64,000 bases of DNA, from positions 3,237-67,236 of the forward strand of contig DAOLCW010000002.1 in assembly GCA_035327665.1 (NCBI GenBank), read 5' to 3'. This document shows, in pieces, positions 36,679 through 46,506 of this stretch. The translations under genes and the position numbers were made by a program. Source of the stretch: Kiritimatiellia bacterium. GTDB taxonomy: Bacteria > Verrucomicrobiota > Kiritimatiellia > CAIVKH01. Below the pieces are notes generated by a model. It was not told where the DNA came from. It did not search any database and saw nothing but the letters and a program-made list of their open reading frames with translations. Position 1 is the first letter of the stretch; the number at the start of each line of letters is the position of its first letter.

Positions 36679-38906
36679 CCGCGTCCGCCGCGAGGTCGTT
36701 TACCCGAACGACCGGAACGTTGGGAACGTCCATCCGGGTCCTTCGTCGCTTCGGCGCTGGGACCCACCCCGAAATCGATCTGCCGCTTGCGGGCATCCAC
36801 CCGCAACAGGGTGGCGGGAAGAACATCGCCGACCCGGTACTGGACCTTGCCCTTGTGCATCACCCGGCCCTTGTCCACATCCGGATCCATATAGCCGATG
36901 GTGATATCCCGGAAGGCAATAAATCCCTTTTGCAAGGTCGGCACGATTTCTATCATCATCCCGCGTTGGTTGATTCCCAATACCAACGCATCCTCCGGAC
37001 CAATGTCTCCTTCCTCCAGCCTTCGCTCGTAAAATTGAATCCGCTTCACGGCAAGGCTTTCCTCTTCGGCCTTGTCAGCGTTCCTTTCGGTCTCCGAACA
37101 ATGGAAGCCCACTGCGTCCAGTTCGTCCTTGGAATAGGGCGGGCGCTGGTTTCGGTCGAGTGCATCGAGAATACGATGGACCAACAAGTCCGGGTAACGT
37201 CGGATCGGGGACGTGAAGTGGGTGTACCGGGGAAAGGCGAGGCCGAAATGGCCGAGGCAGGTGGAGGTGTACATCGCCCGCTTGAAATTCTTCAGCATGG
37301 CAAGGTTGATCGCATACTCGGCCGGGGTTCCCCGCACGTCGCGGCAAATCCGGTTTAAATCCTCTCGACAGGTGGGCTCATCGGTGCGGCCCAGCATCCG
37401 AAGGTCCACCGCCATCTGGGTCCATTGCTCCTCCGAAGGTTCCTCGTGAATGCGATACAAACCGGGAAGGCCCGCCTCTACAAACCGATCCGCCACCGCG
37501 CAGTTCGCGGCGAGCATAAATTCCTCGATCAAATGATAAGCCTCGGGTGCGTTGCGGCGGGTCAAGGAGACCGGCCGACCCTCCTCGTCGAGAATGCACT
37601 CCACCTCCGGCAGGGCGAGATCAATCGCTCCCGCCTCGAACCGCAGGGCCCGCAATTTTAGCGCCAGCCCGTTCATCTCAGTCAACAGTGGGCGAAGCTC
37701 TGGAGCCACCGGCGACTCCCCGCCGGTCAGAAACGCCTGAACATCTTCATAAACAAGGCACGCTCGCGAACGGATCACCGACCGATAGGTTTCCGCGGAA
37801 ATGCGGTGGCCGTCCTTGTCGATCCGGATATCCACTGAGTAGGCAAGCCGGTCCACGCCCTCGCGAAGACTGCATACATCGGCGGTTAAATGCTTTGGGA
37901 GCATAGGGATGAACCGGTCGACCATGTACACACTGTTTCCCCGTTGGCGTGCTTCAAGGTCAATGTCGGAATCGGGGGTCACGAAATGGGAGACATCCGC
38001 GATATGCACTCCAAGGATCCAATCGCCATCCCGCTCTTCGAGAGAAACCGCGTCGTCGTAGTCCTTGGCGGTTCGAGGATCGATGGTAATGAGCAAGCGG
38101 TCGCGCAAATCGCGACGACCCCGGTAGTCGCGATCGGAAAGGGTGGGGGAGATTGACTTGGCTCCAGAAAGCACCTGGTCGGGGAATTCGGTCTGGATGC
38201 CCCGGTTGACCATGAGCACCGCCATATCGACTCCCGGCAGATCCACCGGTCCAAGATGCTGGATGACGCGCCCGGTTTGAACCCGGGCAGGTAAAACGGG
38301 ATCATCCAATTCAAGGACAACCATGTCCCCTTGAGGAATCCGTTCGAGTGAGGGTTCCACCTCCCGCACATGAAGCGTGGAACGGATGCGCGGGTCACCG
38401 GGAATAACATAGGGATAATAGGACCCAAGCATAAACTGCCCCGCGACCTTGCGCCAATGACGCGTTATGATCGCGGTAATGATTGCTTCTGGCTTATCGG
38501 TGTCGGACGGACGGCGTCGCCCGCTTTTTCGTGTCGGCTCGATGCGTACCCGGTCTCCCGGCATCGCGCTGCCCAGCGCTGCGGGTGGAATAAAGTATTC
38601 CTGCTTGTTGGGCGGATCCATCACGACAATCCCGAACCCCGCCGAGGTAATTAACAATTGCCCTTCCACCGCCAAAGCATTCGGATACGAAGCAGCGGTA
38701 GCTGCTTCCCAACGATTGCCTTTTGACTTTACGGCCTTGCCCTCGCGTTCGAGAAGGCGCAAAGCATAACGAATGTCCCTGGGGGAGGCATCGAGATCCG
38801 GACGCCGGGCAAGATCGTGATCCTTGCTTGGCCGGTAGCCTGGTTCCTCCAATATTTTAAATAGGCGGGCGGCAAGAGATTGGGTAAAGTCGGATGGTCG
38901 TTTCAT
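36663..38906 (-). CDS. rnr: ribonuclease R (start at MKRPSDF; ORF track start 38963 would overlap divergent glgA)
   Basis: RNB-domain motifs (DPRTAKDYDDAVSLE, HFGLAFPRYTHFTSPIRRYPDLLVHR), S1 domain, basic Lys/Arg/Gly-rich C-terminus. Confidence 0.85.
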   Translation of the reverse strand: MKRPSDFTQSLAARLFKILEEPGYRPSKDHDLARRPDLDASPRDIRYALRLLEREGKAVKSKGNRWEAATAASYPNALAVEGQLLITSAGFGIVVMDPPNKQEYFIPPAALGSAMPGDRVRIEPTRKSGRRRPSDTDKPEAIITAIITRHWRKVAGQFMLGSYYPYVIPGDPRIRSTLHVREVEPSLERIPQGDMVVLELDDPVLPARVQTGRVIQHLGPVDLPGVDMAVLMVNRGIQTEFPDQVLSGAKSISPTLSDRDYRGRRDLRDRLLITIDPRTAKDYDDAVSLEERDGDWILGVHIADVSHFVTPDSDIDLEARQRGNSVYMVDRFIPMLPKHLTADVCSLREGVDRLAYSVDIRIDKDGHRISAETYRSVIRSRACLVYEDVQAFLTGGESPVAPELRPLLTEMNGLALKLRALRFEAGAIDLALPEVECILDEEGRPVSLTRRNAPEAYHLIEEFMLAANCAVADRFVEAGLPGLYRIHEEPSEEQWTQMAVDLRMLGRTDEPTCREDLNRICRDVRGTPAEYAINLAMLKNFKRAMYTSTCLGHFGLAFPRYTHFTSPIRRYPDLLVHRILDALDRNQRPPYSKDELDAVGFHCSETERNADKAEEESLAVKRIQFYERRLEEGDIGPEDALVLGINQRGMMIEIVPTLQKGFIAFRDITIGYMDPDVDKGRVMHKGKVQYRVGDVLPATLLRVDARKRQIDFGVGPSAEATKDPDGRSQRSGRSGKRPRGGRGQRKR

Positions 38907-38944
38907 GGGTGTAGCGTTCAGTATGGCATGACGGGACAACAATC

Positions 38945-40411
38945 GTGAAAAAGAAAATCGCATTTATTTCCAGCGAGATCACCCCCTATGCCTCAACCGG
39001 TGGCTTGGCCGAGGTTACAGCCGCCCTTCCCATCGCCCTCCGCAAGCTCGGTTGGACCGTTCTGCAGATCATGCCTTTGTATCGTCAGGTTCGGGAGTCC
39101 GGACTCCCGCTTCGATTTACCGGGCAAATGTTGAGTATTCCTGTGGGATTTCACACCCTCCGGGCTGAAGTGTGGGTCTCCAATGATCCCGCACGATCGG
39201 ACTTGGTATTCATTGCCCGCGATGAATTTTTCGACCGGTCCTTCCTCTACACTGTTTCCGACCGGGACTATGATGACAATTTCGAGCGCTTCGTTTTTTT
39301 CCAAAAAGCGGTGGTGGCCTATCTCGATACCCTCGCTGAACCCGTGGATTTGGTTCACTGCCACGACTGGCAAACCGGTCTCATGCCGCTTTACCTTCGA
39401 TACGGGTTGAAGGGGGAGGGGAGACCTTGGCGTGAAAAAACCGTCTACACCCTCCACAATCTTGCCTTCCAAGGCGTTTTTGATGGGAATCTGTTCTCCT
39501 ATTCCAATCTTCCCTTTTCCTGCTTCAATGTGGATTGCCTCGAGTACTATGGGAATGTGAATTGTATGAAAGGGGGAATCATTGCCGCCGATGCAATCAC
39601 CACCGTAAGCAAAACCTACTCCAAGGAAATTCAAACCCAAACATTCGGATGCGGTCTTGAGGGGGTTCTTGCCGAGTGCCAAAACAAGCTTCAGGGTATT
39701 GTAAATGGGATCGACACCGAGAAGTGGAATCCACAAAAAGACCATCACCTTGCCCATCGATTCTCGGTGTTTAATCTCAAAGGTCGCAAAACCTGTAAAC
39801 AGGATCTGATCCATCGCTCTGGATTAAACCTGCCGGATCAAGGACCGCTTGTCGGCATGGTCTCCCGTTTGACGAGTCAAAAAGGGATCCCAATGATCCA
39901 TTCTCTGATCGATGCATGGATGACCCGTTACCCGGATATGGGGTGGGTCATCCTCGGAGATGGACCGGAATCAATGGCCGCTCTGGTCTACCGATGGGAG
40001 AGGCAGTGGCCGGGCCGAATTCGATTCTTCAAGGCCTTCGATCCGATTCTGGCCCGGAGGATCTTTGCTGGTGTGGATATGTTCATGATGCCATCCGAAT
40101 TCGAGCCCTGCGGATTGAACCAATTTTATTCCATGCGGTATGGAGCACCACCGATCGTTCACGCAACTGGAGGTTTGGCCGACACCGTGATCGATGCCTG
40201 CCTCCATCCTGAATCAGGGAATGGTTTCGTGTTCAAGGAATTCACGCCGCAAGCGCTGGATCAAACCGTCGAAAAGGCCGTTGAGATGTACCGTGGCAAA
40301 CGGCCGGCCTGGACGCACGTCATCGAGCAAGCCATGCGGCGAGACTCCTCGTGGACGCAAAGCGCCATGCAATATGCTCAACTCTACGAGAAGCTGATTA
40401 ACCGAACCTGA
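38945..40411 (+). CDS. glgA: glycogen synthase (GTG start)
   Basis: KIAFISSEITPYASTGGLAEV (K-X-G-G-L motif region), GT5/GT1 C-terminal motifs; 488 aa. Confidence 0.85.
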   Translation: MKKKIAFISSEITPYASTGGLAEVTAALPIALRKLGWTVLQIMPLYRQVRESGLPLRFTGQMLSIPVGFHTLRAEVWVSNDPARSDLVFIARDEFFDRSFLYTVSDRDYDDNFERFVFFQKAVVAYLDTLAEPVDLVHCHDWQTGLMPLYLRYGLKGEGRPWREKTVYTLHNLAFQGVFDGNLFSYSNLPFSCFNVDCLEYYGNVNCMKGGIIAADAITTVSKTYSKEIQTQTFGCGLEGVLAECQNKLQGIVNGIDTEKWNPQKDHHLAHRFSVFNLKGRKTCKQDLIHRSGLNLPDQGPLVGMVSRLTSQKGIPMIHSLIDAWMTRYPDMGWVILGDGPESMAALVYRWERQWPGRIRFFKAFDPILARRIFAGVDMFMMPSEFEPCGLNQFYSMRYGAPPIVHATGGLADTVIDACLHPESGNGFVFKEFTPQALDQTVEKAVEMYRGKRPAWTHVIEQAMRRDSSWTQSAMQYAQLYEKLINRT

Positions 40412-40490
40412 GAGACGGGCGTAGTAGCGAATTCATGCCACAATCCGGGGGAACCCCAAGGAATAGATTGCCAAACCATTCATTTGTAGA

Positions 40491-40506
40491 CATAATATAT
40501 ATTATG
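40491..40506. repeat. perfect 16-bp AT-only palindrome CATAATATATATTATG in convergent glgA/lepB intergenic region
   Basis: seen directly; striking AT island in GC-rich DNA. Confidence 0.5.
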
Positions 40507-40559
40507 CGACGTTGTATAAGGGGGTTGCTTCGGATGTTTTTCCGATGATTCCTGCTAGG

Positions 40560-41660
40560 TTAATGAATCCAACCCCAGCGCTTGGTAAAGGGCCAATAGA
40601 CCCAGAAAGCCGGACCAATGATCTCGCGGTTACGAACCGCCCCAAAATACCGGCTGTCGAGGCTGGCCCGGGTATTGTCCCCAAACGCAAGGTATTCACC
40701 CTTCCCTAATTGAATCGAAGCCGCCGGAGTGGTCAGCCGGGCAAAAGGCGGCGTCCCATCCACCAGGGAATATCCGTGGTATCCCGGTGCTTCGAGGATG
40801 GTTTGAAAGATTTTCGGCTCCATGACCCGTTTGCCGTCGGCAACCAAATATGGTGGCACAATCGCGATGCGCTCATGGGGCAACCCCACCATGCGCTTAA
40901 TGTAAAACGCGTCTGGACGAATTTGTACATGCTCTATGGCCCGCGTGCTGAACACAAAAACGTCCCCCCGACCTGGTCGTACAAAGTTGTACTTCATCCG
41001 GTTGACAAAGATGTGATCTCCGATCTGTCGACGCCCACTCGCAATCAGATCCCCTTGATTGAACACTGGCGGTGCTCCAAAGGGATTGAAGTACAACCTC
41101 ATGTCCTGGTGAACGACATGCAATTTTCCGTTGATTGCGAAGACGAGCTGACTGTCTTCGCTTCGTTGGCCGACCAGTTGCAGGGTACCCGTATCCTTGG
41201 CCCGGACCTCGACATAGCGTTCACCAAACAGAGCCAAGCTGACCATGGAAAAGGGAAAACGATCGTGCCACTGCCGTTCCGCCGCAGGATCCATGGTTAT
41301 GCCATTGAGGGTCGGCTGCATGGAGCCGGTGGGAATCTTGAACGGCTGAATGAAATACGCCCGAAACGCCATCGCGACAGCAATGGCGACCACAAAGATT
41401 TCCAAATTCTCCCGCAGGCGTGGTTTGGATCGAGGCGGATAGATGGCTTGAATCGCCTTTTCCACCTCCTCCATGGCATGGTCCAGCTCCCCCTCCCCTG
41501 CTTGCCGATCCCATGCCGCCCGCAGGGCGGCCGCACGATCCTTGACGCGTTCGAATACGGGTGCCTCTGCCACATCTCCCCGCATGTTCATGGCATGGCG
41601 CGCTTCGTGCAGCAAATGGCGGATGGCTTTGCGATAGCGGCGGCGTTGAAAAAACGTCAT
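40560..41660 (-). CDS. lepB: signal peptidase I (S26) with N-terminal extension
   Basis: catalytic Ser region IPTGSMQPTL, Lys box, GDNTRASLDSRYFG box E. Confidence 0.8.
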   Translation of the reverse strand: MTFFQRRRYRKAIRHLLHEARHAMNMRGDVAEAPVFERVKDRAAALRAAWDRQAGEGELDHAMEEVEKAIQAIYPPRSKPRLRENLEIFVVAIAVAMAFRAYFIQPFKIPTGSMQPTLNGITMDPAAERQWHDRFPFSMVSLALFGERYVEVRAKDTGTLQLVGQRSEDSQLVFAINGKLHVVHQDMRLYFNPFGAPPVFNQGDLIASGRRQIGDHIFVNRMKYNFVRPGRGDVFVFSTRAIEHVQIRPDAFYIKRMVGLPHERIAIVPPYLVADGKRVMEPKIFQTILEAPGYHGYSLVDGTPPFARLTTPAASIQLGKGEYLAFGDNTRASLDSRYFGAVRNREIIGPAFWVYWPFTKRWGWIH

Positions 41661-41666
41661 CGGAGA

Positions 41667-43478
41667 TTACCCTTTCAGAACCTTGACGAACGCTTCCTGG
41701 GGAATGCTCACCCGTCCAATTTGCTTCATCTTCTTTTTGCCTTCCTTCTGCCGCTCGAGAAGTTTTCGCTTGCGCGTGATATCGCCGCCGTAACATTTCG
41801 CCGTCACATCTTTTCGCATCGCCCGGATGGTTTCCCGGGCAATGATCTTCCGGTTCACCGACGCCTGAATCGCAATGGGAAACATCGCGGGCGGAATCAA
41901 ATCCTTTAACCGCTCGCAAATTTGCCGGCCCCGCGCCTCCGCCTTGGTTCGGTGAATAATGCAGGAAAACGCCTCGACCGGCTCCCCGTGCACGAGAATC
42001 TCCAGCTTGACCAGATCCGACTCCTGATACCCCGCATGCTCGTAATCCATCGAGGCGTACCCCCGGCTGATGCTTTTCAACCGGTCGTGAAAGTCGATGA
42101 GGATCTCATTGAGGGGCAGCATGCCGGTCAGCATCACCCGCTTGTGGTCGATGGAATCGGTCTTCTCCACCGTCCCCCTGCGGTCGACCATCAGTTGAAG
42201 CATGTCCCCGATTGTCTCGTTGCTACAGATCAGAAACACCTTGATCATCGGCTCTTCGATCGACCGCATGAGGGTCGGGTCGGGCAGTTTGGTCGGATTC
42301 TCGATCTCCTCCACCGTGCCATCGGTCTTGTTGACCCGGTAGATCACGTTAGGGTACGTGGTGATTAGATCAACATCGTATTCCCGGCGCAACCGTTCCT
42401 GAACCACTTCCATATGTAGCAACCCGAGGAAGCCGCACCGGAAGCCCAGACCGAGGGCCACAGAGGACTCGGGCATGTACGAAAACGAGCTGTCGTTCAG
42501 CTTGTATTTGTCCAGGCTGAACCGGAGTTTTTCAAAGTCATTGGTGTCCACCGGATAGATGCCGCTGAACACCATGGGGTGAACCATCTGGAATCCCGGC
42601 AGAGCCTGGTCGGCGGGGAAACGGGCCTGGGTCACGGTATCACCGGTCTTGATTTCCGAGGGATCCTTGATGTTGCTGATGATGTAGCCGACATCTCCGG
42701 CCTCCAGCAACTTGCGGGGGGTCAGGTCGGGATCGAAGATCCCCACTTCTTTCACCTCGTAGTCGTTGCCGGTGCTGAGCAGGCGGATCCGGTCGCCGGT
42801 GGCAATCGCCCCATCGACCACCCTGACGTAGGTAATGACCCCCCGGTACACATCATAGTCCGAATCAAAAACCAGCGCCCGTGTCCGTTCCTGGGTGGTC
42901 GTGGGTGGCGGAATTCGTTCCACCACCATCTCCAGCACATCCGGGACCCCCAGTCCGGTTTTCGCGCTCACCATCGCGCAGTCGTTGGCGGGAATAGCGA
43001 GAATCTCTTCGATCTGATGGCAGACATCCTCGACATCTGCGCTTTGCATGTCGATTTTGTTGAGCACAGGAACCAGGGTCAGGCCTTGGGATTCCGCGAG
43101 GTAGGTGTTGGCCACGGTCTGGGCCTCCACCCCCTGGGTCGCGTCCACCACCAGCAACGCCCCTTCGCACGCGGCGAGGCTCCGCGTCACTTCGTAGGAA
43201 AAATCCACATGTCCAGGCGTGTCGATGAGGTTGAATGTATAGGTCTGCCCGTTCCGTGCCTTGTAGGACATGGTCACCGGATGAGCCTTGATGGTGATCC
43301 CCCGCTCTCGCTCCAAGTCCATGTCGTCGAGCAGTTGTTCCTTGAGCTCCCGCTTCTCCACCGTATGGGTCAACTCGAGCATACGGTCAGCCAGGGTGGA
43401 CTTCCCGTGGTCGATGTGGGCGATAATACAAAAGTTGCGGATGTGGCTTAAATCTTTCATACCGTAAAGTTTTTCCAT
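41667..43478 (-). CDS. lepA: elongation factor 4 (start at MEKLYGMKDLSHIRNFCIIAHIDHGKSTLADR)
   Basis: GTPase G1-G4 motifs and LepA-specific C-terminal domain; ORF track start 43601 rejected. Confidence 0.9.
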   Translation of the reverse strand: MEKLYGMKDLSHIRNFCIIAHIDHGKSTLADRMLELTHTVEKRELKEQLLDDMDLERERGITIKAHPVTMSYKARNGQTYTFNLIDTPGHVDFSYEVTRSLAACEGALLVVDATQGVEAQTVANTYLAESQGLTLVPVLNKIDMQSADVEDVCHQIEEILAIPANDCAMVSAKTGLGVPDVLEMVVERIPPPTTTQERTRALVFDSDYDVYRGVITYVRVVDGAIATGDRIRLLSTGNDYEVKEVGIFDPDLTPRKLLEAGDVGYIISNIKDPSEIKTGDTVTQARFPADQALPGFQMVHPMVFSGIYPVDTNDFEKLRFSLDKYKLNDSSFSYMPESSVALGLGFRCGFLGLLHMEVVQERLRREYDVDLITTYPNVIYRVNKTDGTVEEIENPTKLPDPTLMRSIEEPMIKVFLICSNETIGDMLQLMVDRRGTVEKTDSIDHKRVMLTGMLPLNEILIDFHDRLKSISRGYASMDYEHAGYQESDLVKLEILVHGEPVEAFSCIIHRTKAEARGRQICERLKDLIPPAMFPIAIQASVNRKIIARETIRAMRKDVTAKCYGGDITRKRKLLERQKEGKKKMKQIGRVSIPQEAFVKVLKG

Positions 43479-44191
43479 AGGTCGGGTTGAGTGGCCCCGT
43501 TCGCAGCCCGTTCCCGGAGCTCCCGGATCCCCGCAGCAAGATCCGGATGCCGGAACAAGGCGGTCCCCGCGATAAATAGATTGGCCCCCGCCGACGCGCA
43601 AGCCCCGATCGTCTCCGGTCCCACGCCCCCGTCCACCGATAGATTTAAATCAGGCGCCCACGCCCGCAACGTGGCAATTTTTCCGAGGGCCGAAGGCATG
43701 AACGATTGTCCCCCAAAACCCGGATGAACCGACATGATCAACACCTCATCGACCTGATCGAGGTAGGGCCGGACCGACTCCGCCGGGGTTTCGGGATTGA
43801 GGACAATTGCATTTTTAAGGCCGAGTTCCCGGATCGCGGCGAGAACCTCGCCCGGCTCGCATCGTGACTCGACATGAATCTGAATCATCTCCGATCCCGC
43901 CGCGACAAACGCATCAAGTACATCCTGAGGGTGGGTAACCATCAAATGCACATGCCGGTAAAGATCCGGAGCCACCCTCCGTGCCATATCGACCACGGCC
44001 GGACCCATGCTGATGTTGGGAACAAAGTGGCCATCCATCACATCGAGGTGCAATCCATCCGCCCCCGCCTCATGGCACCGGGTGCACGCTTCCCCCAGCC
44101 GGGCAAAATCAGCGGCTAAAAGGGAGGGATAAATATGAACAGGCAGATTCAAGGTTGGTTCCACAAAAGTGCCGTAGGCTACTCGACCCAC
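43457..44191 (-). CDS. rpe: ribulose-phosphate 3-epimerase (true start probably internal TTG/GTG near 44152-44164)
   Basis: IYPSLLAADFARLGE, HLDVMDGHFVPN, DGGV motifs. Confidence 0.8.
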   Translation of the reverse strand: MGRVAYGTFVEPTLNLPVHIYPSLLAADFARLGEACTRCHEAGADGLHLDVMDGHFVPNISMGPAVVDMARRVAPDLYRHVHLMVTHPQDVLDAFVAAGSEMIQIHVESRCEPGEVLAAIRELGLKNAIVLNPETPAESVRPYLDQVDEVLIMSVHPGFGGQSFMPSALGKIATLRAWAPDLNLSVDGGVGPETIGACASAGANLFIAGTALFRHPDLAAGIRELRERAANGATQPDLWKNFTV

Positions 44192-44221
44192 CCTCCCCCG
44201 TCAAGGAACCCGGAGGGTCGG

Positions 44222-45013
44222 TCAGCCCCTCTCGCCACGACTCGACTTGGGATAAAACACCTTCCACAAAAACAGTCCGTTCGGACTTGCCGTTGGCACA
44301 CGGGCGGTGCGCTCTTTACCGGCAAGAATGGCCAATGCCATTTCCGGCGGCAGGTCCCCCACCCCGACCCGGATGAAAAAGCCGGCGAGGCTACGCACCA
44401 TCCGATAGAGAAAGCCTTCGCCCCGGGCAATCAGCGTGACGTCCTTGCCTTTGCGGGTGATCGAGAGGCAGTCAATCCGGCGCACGGTTCCGCCTCGATC
44501 ATAGCCAGGGTTGGTCGAGAACCCGGCAAAATCATGGGTCCCTTCCAGAAATCCCGCCGCTCGCCGCATCGCTTCAAGATCCAAAGGCTTCCGAACGTGC
44601 GTCCGGTAGAAACGAAGATGCGGGGGCAGAATAAAATCATTCCAGATAAAATACCGGTACTCTTTACCGGTGGCGGTCATCCGGGCATCGAAATCCGGCT
44701 TGACCCTGGCCACCTTCATCACCCGGATGGCATCGGGAAGAAAACGGTTGAGTCCGAGCATCATCTGATCTGGACGCTGCTGAATCTGAAGATCCATATG
44801 GATGACCTGACCTACCGCATGTACCCCGGTGTCGGTGCGCCCGCTGGCAAAGACCCGGACCTCCTGGCGCGTCAGCTCATAAACCGCCCGCTCCAGCTCG
44901 CCTTGAATCGTCGTCTTTCCCGGCTGGACTTGCCACCCCGCAAACGCATGGCCGTCATAGGCCACCACCGCCTTGTACCGCTGGATCGATTCGGTCGGCT
45001 TCATGTCGGACAC
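44222..45013 (-). CDS. truA: tRNA pseudouridine(38-40) synthase
   Basis: KAVVAYDGHAFAGWQVQ, catalytic Asp in RTDTGVHA. Confidence 0.85.
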   Translation of the reverse strand: MSDMKPTESIQRYKAVVAYDGHAFAGWQVQPGKTTIQGELERAVYELTRQEVRVFASGRTDTGVHAVGQVIHMDLQIQQRPDQMMLGLNRFLPDAIRVMKVARVKPDFDARMTATGKEYRYFIWNDFILPPHLRFYRTHVRKPLDLEAMRRAAGFLEGTHDFAGFSTNPGYDRGGTVRRIDCLSITRKGKDVTLIARGEGFLYRMVRSLAGFFIRVGVGDLPPEMALAILAGKERTARVPTASPNGLFLWKVFYPKSSRGERG

Positions 45014-45423
45014 TGGGCGTCGAGATAATGCTGGAGGAGAATTTGCGCCGCAACCTTATCGACCACATCCTTGCGTTTTTCCCGTCGTGTCCCCGCTTCG
45101 ATGAGTGCATCATGGGCGCTCTTGGTCGTCAGGCGTTCGTCCCACAACACCACCGGCACCGCGACCACCCCCCGCAACTTCTCCGCAAACGCTTCCGCCG
45201 CTTCCGCCGCCGGACCCTTGGTGCCATTCATGTTCAATGGCAGTCCCACCACCACCCGCTCCACCTCCTGACGGCGGCAAAGTTCCTCCAGCCGGGACAG
45301 GCAGGCCGCAACCGGCGTCGCCGGAATCACCTCCAGCGCACTCGCGAACATCTGCATGGGATCGCTTGAGGCAATCCCGATCCGGTGCGTTCCGTAGTCA
45401 ACCCCGAGGATTCGCCCCATCAA
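45001..45423 (-). CDS. ruvX: Holliday-junction-resolvase-like YqgF/RuvX (pre-16S rRNA nuclease)
   Basis: ILGVDYGTHRIGIA..., DERLTT motifs; 140 aa. Confidence 0.8.
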   Translation of the reverse strand: MMGRILGVDYGTHRIGIASSDPMQMFASALEVIPATPVAACLSRLEELCRRQEVERVVVGLPLNMNGTKGPAAEAAEAFAEKLRGVVAVPVVLWDERLTTKSAHDALIEAGTRREKRKDVVDKVAAQILLQHYLDAQCPT

Positions 45424-46505
45424 AGAACCTCTTCGTAGCCGCCCTTTGAACGCAGGTCGGCCACCAGTATCTTAATGTCCTGGGCCTTTTCGCGCGGGCA
45501 GATCAGCGTGACACCCGGAGCCTGAACCACGATCAAATCGTCCACCCCGACCAACGCGGTAAGGTGACCCTTGGAATAGACAATGTTTCTGCCGGAATCC
45601 AAGGCCTCGCAGGACCCGATTAAGGTATTCTCCGAAGCATCGGCGGCAAAATGATTGGATAAAGCCGGCCATGCCCCCACGTCATCCCACGTGAACACGC
45701 TCTTCGCCACGAGAATGTTGTCGGACTTCTCCATGATCGCATAGTCCACCGAGATTTTCTCCAAGCCTGCGAACTGTTGGTCCAATTCCTCCCCGAACGC
45801 CGGGGTAAACGCCACCGCCGCAAGCGCGTCAATCAACTCCGCAAGTCCGGGACGGTGGCGGCGGAAGGCGGTCTCGATGCTTCGCACCGACCAGATAAAC
45901 ATACCCGAATTCCAGACGTAGTGCCCCGCCTCCAGATAACGTTGGGCCGTCCCCGCATCCGGCTTCTCCACAAACCGCCGGGCCTTGAAGAATTCAATGC
46001 CATCCGCCGCGCGAACCGGATCGCCCATATCAATATAGCCGTACCCTGTCGAGGGTTCGGTGGGCCGGATCCCGATGGTGATCAAAACCTCCTCCTTCTC
46101 CGCGAGGCGCAGGCATTCCCGCAGCGTCACCCGGAACCGGTCCAGTTCCCCAATCACATGGTCAGCGGTCAAAATGCAAAACGACGCCTCCGGATCGCGG
46201 GCCTTAACCAACGCCGTGCCCAAGGCCACCGCGGCCGCTGTGTCCCGGCCCACCGGCTCCCCGATTACCTGCTCGGCCGGCACTTCCGGCACCGCCAGTC
46301 GCGTCGCTTCTACGAGATCGCGGTTGGTAACGATAAAAACCCTCTCGGGCGGAATCAGTCCCTCCAGTCGTTCCACTGCCTGAGCCAGCATGGGGCGCTC
46401 CCCCACCAAGTCCAGCAACTGCTTCGGGCGCTTGCCCGTGCTCAGTGGCCAGAACCGTTCGCCCTTGCCACCCGCTAAAACTACCGCATACCACGTTTCC
46501 GACAT
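45420..46505 (-). CDS. manC: mannose-1-phosphate guanylyltransferase
   Basis: AVVLAGGKGERFWPLS nucleotidyl-transferase motif; 361 aa (no PMI domain). Confidence 0.8.
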   Translation of the reverse strand: MSETWYAVVLAGGKGERFWPLSTGKRPKQLLDLVGERPMLAQAVERLEGLIPPERVFIVTNRDLVEATRLAVPEVPAEQVIGEPVGRDTAAAVALGTALVKARDPEASFCILTADHVIGELDRFRVTLRECLRLAEKEEVLITIGIRPTEPSTGYGYIDMGDPVRAADGIEFFKARRFVEKPDAGTAQRYLEAGHYVWNSGMFIWSVRSIETAFRRHRPGLAELIDALAAVAFTPAFGEELDQQFAGLEKISVDYAIMEKSDNILVAKSVFTWDDVGAWPALSNHFAADASENTLIGSCEALDSGRNIVYSKGHLTALVGVDDLIVVQAPGVTLICPREKAQDIKILVADLRSKGGYEEVL

Positions 46506-46506
46506 C

